In this document: in pieces, positions 62,282-64,000 of the stretch
Layout: every line of letters starts with the position of its first letter
Position numbering within the stretch: the first letter of the stretch is position 1
Assembly (NCBI GenBank): GCA_951406725.2
Contig: OX597817.1
Location: forward strand, 111,476,001-111,540,000
DNA: 64,000 nucleotides
Reading direction: 5' to 3'
Source: Octopus vulgaris
Lineage: Eukaryota
Notes under the pieces: model-generated
What the model saw: the letters and a program-made list of their open reading frames with translations, nothing else
Database searches by the model: none
Told to the model about the DNA's origin: nothing
Made by a program: the position numbers and the translations under genes

Positions 62282-62468
62282 AAAAAATGGAGTTAACGCA
62301 GGTTTAAACAAGTATTTTTACTTTCTACATGTTTCAAAAATTCCACTGATACTTATTCAAAAGAATAAAAGGTATAAACAATGCAATCTTCTCTTCGGGA
62401 AAGTGAAAAAACATATGTAGAAAGTAAAAATACTTGTTTAAACCTGCGTTAACTCCATTTTTTATTCA
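62277..62468. repeat. Inverted repeat, about 54-bp arms, 84-nt spacer
   Basis: tgaataaaaaatggagtt...ttctacat (62277-62330) versus atgtagaaag...aactccattttttattca (62415-62468). Confidence 0.9.
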
Positions 62469-62639
62469 TATTATTCAAATATTCAACGTAAACACGAAGT
62501 TTCAACCTTTATAAACAAGGAGTTACAACATCTTTACTTGTGAGATTTTTGCTGCCCTGGTAACTATTCATTCATTTATCCGTGTTAATTGTTAACAAGG
62601 TAAAATACACTCATCTATTTATATATATATATATATGTA

Positions 62640-62712
<73 letters not shown>

Positions 62713-62863
62713 CAGCAAAACAATTAAGATTCCAATGAATTCAAATGAATTCAAATGAATATGGTACTTAACTTAGATACACCAGAATTCTTTATGATAT
62801 TAACCATAAAATTATGTGGGGTGATTATAACCAAGAAAAAAAGTAACAAGAATGGATCAGTAG

Positions 62864-62950
62864 TTTAGTACAATTGTTTCATACTAAGAACATTTTATTT
62901 AAAGCTGCAAATATTACAGCAAATGTAATGTCAAGTATTCATCAGCTAAA
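62864..62950 (-). ncRNA. Type I hammerhead ribozyme of the Penelope-associated type
   Basis: Minus strand reads TTTAG-CTGATGA-ATACT...AGTAT-GAAA-C-AATT-G-TA-CTAAA: stem I TTTAG/CTAAA, stem II ATACT/AGTAT, minimal stem III with palindromic ACAATTGT, GUA triplet. Confidence 0.72.
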
Positions 62951-62999
62951 TCACATATATGTTTTCCAAACATCCTAGAGAGTGTAAATATCCTTATGA

Positions 63000-64000
63000 A
63001 GTATTAGGAGTGAGTTCTATGAATTTGAAGTAAGATTATAAGCAGACTTTATATGTTTTCCAACAATGCACAATTTAAAAAAAAAGTTTTTTAAATGATT
63101 ATTAACTTCTCAGAGAAGGTAAATCCATCCATAAAGATTCAGATATAAGTTCCAGAAGACATGAGGAAAGATACTGGTCACACACCGGTTCAGTTCACAT
63201 CTAACTGTTGCAGACAGAATTTTATAGTAGCAAGAAAGACAGCGAGGTAGGTTTAGCCAAAGTAAAGGACATTATGGGAGGAAAGGAGTGGGGGAGTAAG
63301 AGGGAATAAAGATGCCACAGACAAAGGTTAGTCTATTTCTGTGGTGACAGAAAATCTAGGTCAGTGTTGAAGGAATCTTAAATTCATAAAAGAACAGTAA
63401 GTTTGACCACCGCCAGCTCTGAACTTAGAAACTCACAGAGTTAATGGTGGGATAAAGAATACAGAGAGATCAAAGGAAAACGCTAAAGGGGTCATAGGTT
63501 ATCAGTAGAGGAAGATACAGTAAGAAAGTTAAGGATAACACTAGAATAGAAGGTTATTTATTTATTATTGTTTCTATTTTAACTTATGTTTATATATTGT
63601 AAGAAAGAATTTAGGTCGACATCTAGAGGTCAAATAACAATTGGTAGGAGGATTTTACTTATTCAAAATTTATAGTGAAAATTAAATGTATCATTAAGGG
63701 AATAGTATTACATATTAAATTTAGAATAGAATTAAGAAAGATTAGCAATATATATGATTTAAGTAAGGTTAATTAAATTGACTATAAAGTCAATTAAAAG
63801 TTAGCATAGTACAAATACTATTTATTTTTATATTAAAAAGGTACAGTTAGAAGGAACACCAGTGGGAGAACCTACAAATTTCTATTTAAAATATTTTAGA
63901 GTTTTGATTTTTGAGTGAATACAAGACAGACCTAACTCTATACGATTATTCAGTAGATTTCTATTTTTTCTATGCTTTAGAATCTCATATGTCTCCTATT
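63000..64000 (+). mobile_element. Possible highly degenerate Penelope-like RT relic
   Basis: Residual QLEGTPVGEP (compare QxxGxPMGxP) at 63844-63873, next to the hammerhead; weak evidence. Confidence 0.3.

Overview
AT-rich, intron- and repeat-rich animal genomic DNA. The SINE families suggest an octopus or other coleoid cephalopod (inference, not database-confirmed). Two complete spliced genes were rebuilt by hand from GT-AG boundaries with consistent phases: mitochondrial glutamyl-tRNA synthetase EARS2 (minus strand, 14 coding exons, 38442->15261, 529 aa) and the mitochondrial import J-protein DNAJC19/TIM14 (plus strand, 6 coding exons, 38730->52304, 117 aa). They are head-to-head with 287 bp between their ATGs. 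Also present: the last coding exon of an unidentified plus-strand gene (9146-9330) with a candidate alternative last exon (10924-11090), a tRNA-Cys(GCA) gene, and many mobile-element relics (Tc1, hAT, Helitron-like, CRE, RTE, CR1, Gypsy, Penelope-like, two SINE families). The best leads are an intact-looking type I hammerhead ribozyme (62864-62950, minus), a candidate neuropeptide-precursor last exon ending RK-TWYLF-GKR-stop (54310-54265, minus), a CRE retroelement with a twin-priming-like inversion, and a foldback element with a telomeric-repeat core. I see no convincing new multi-gene system. Most ORFs in the supplied track are spurious.
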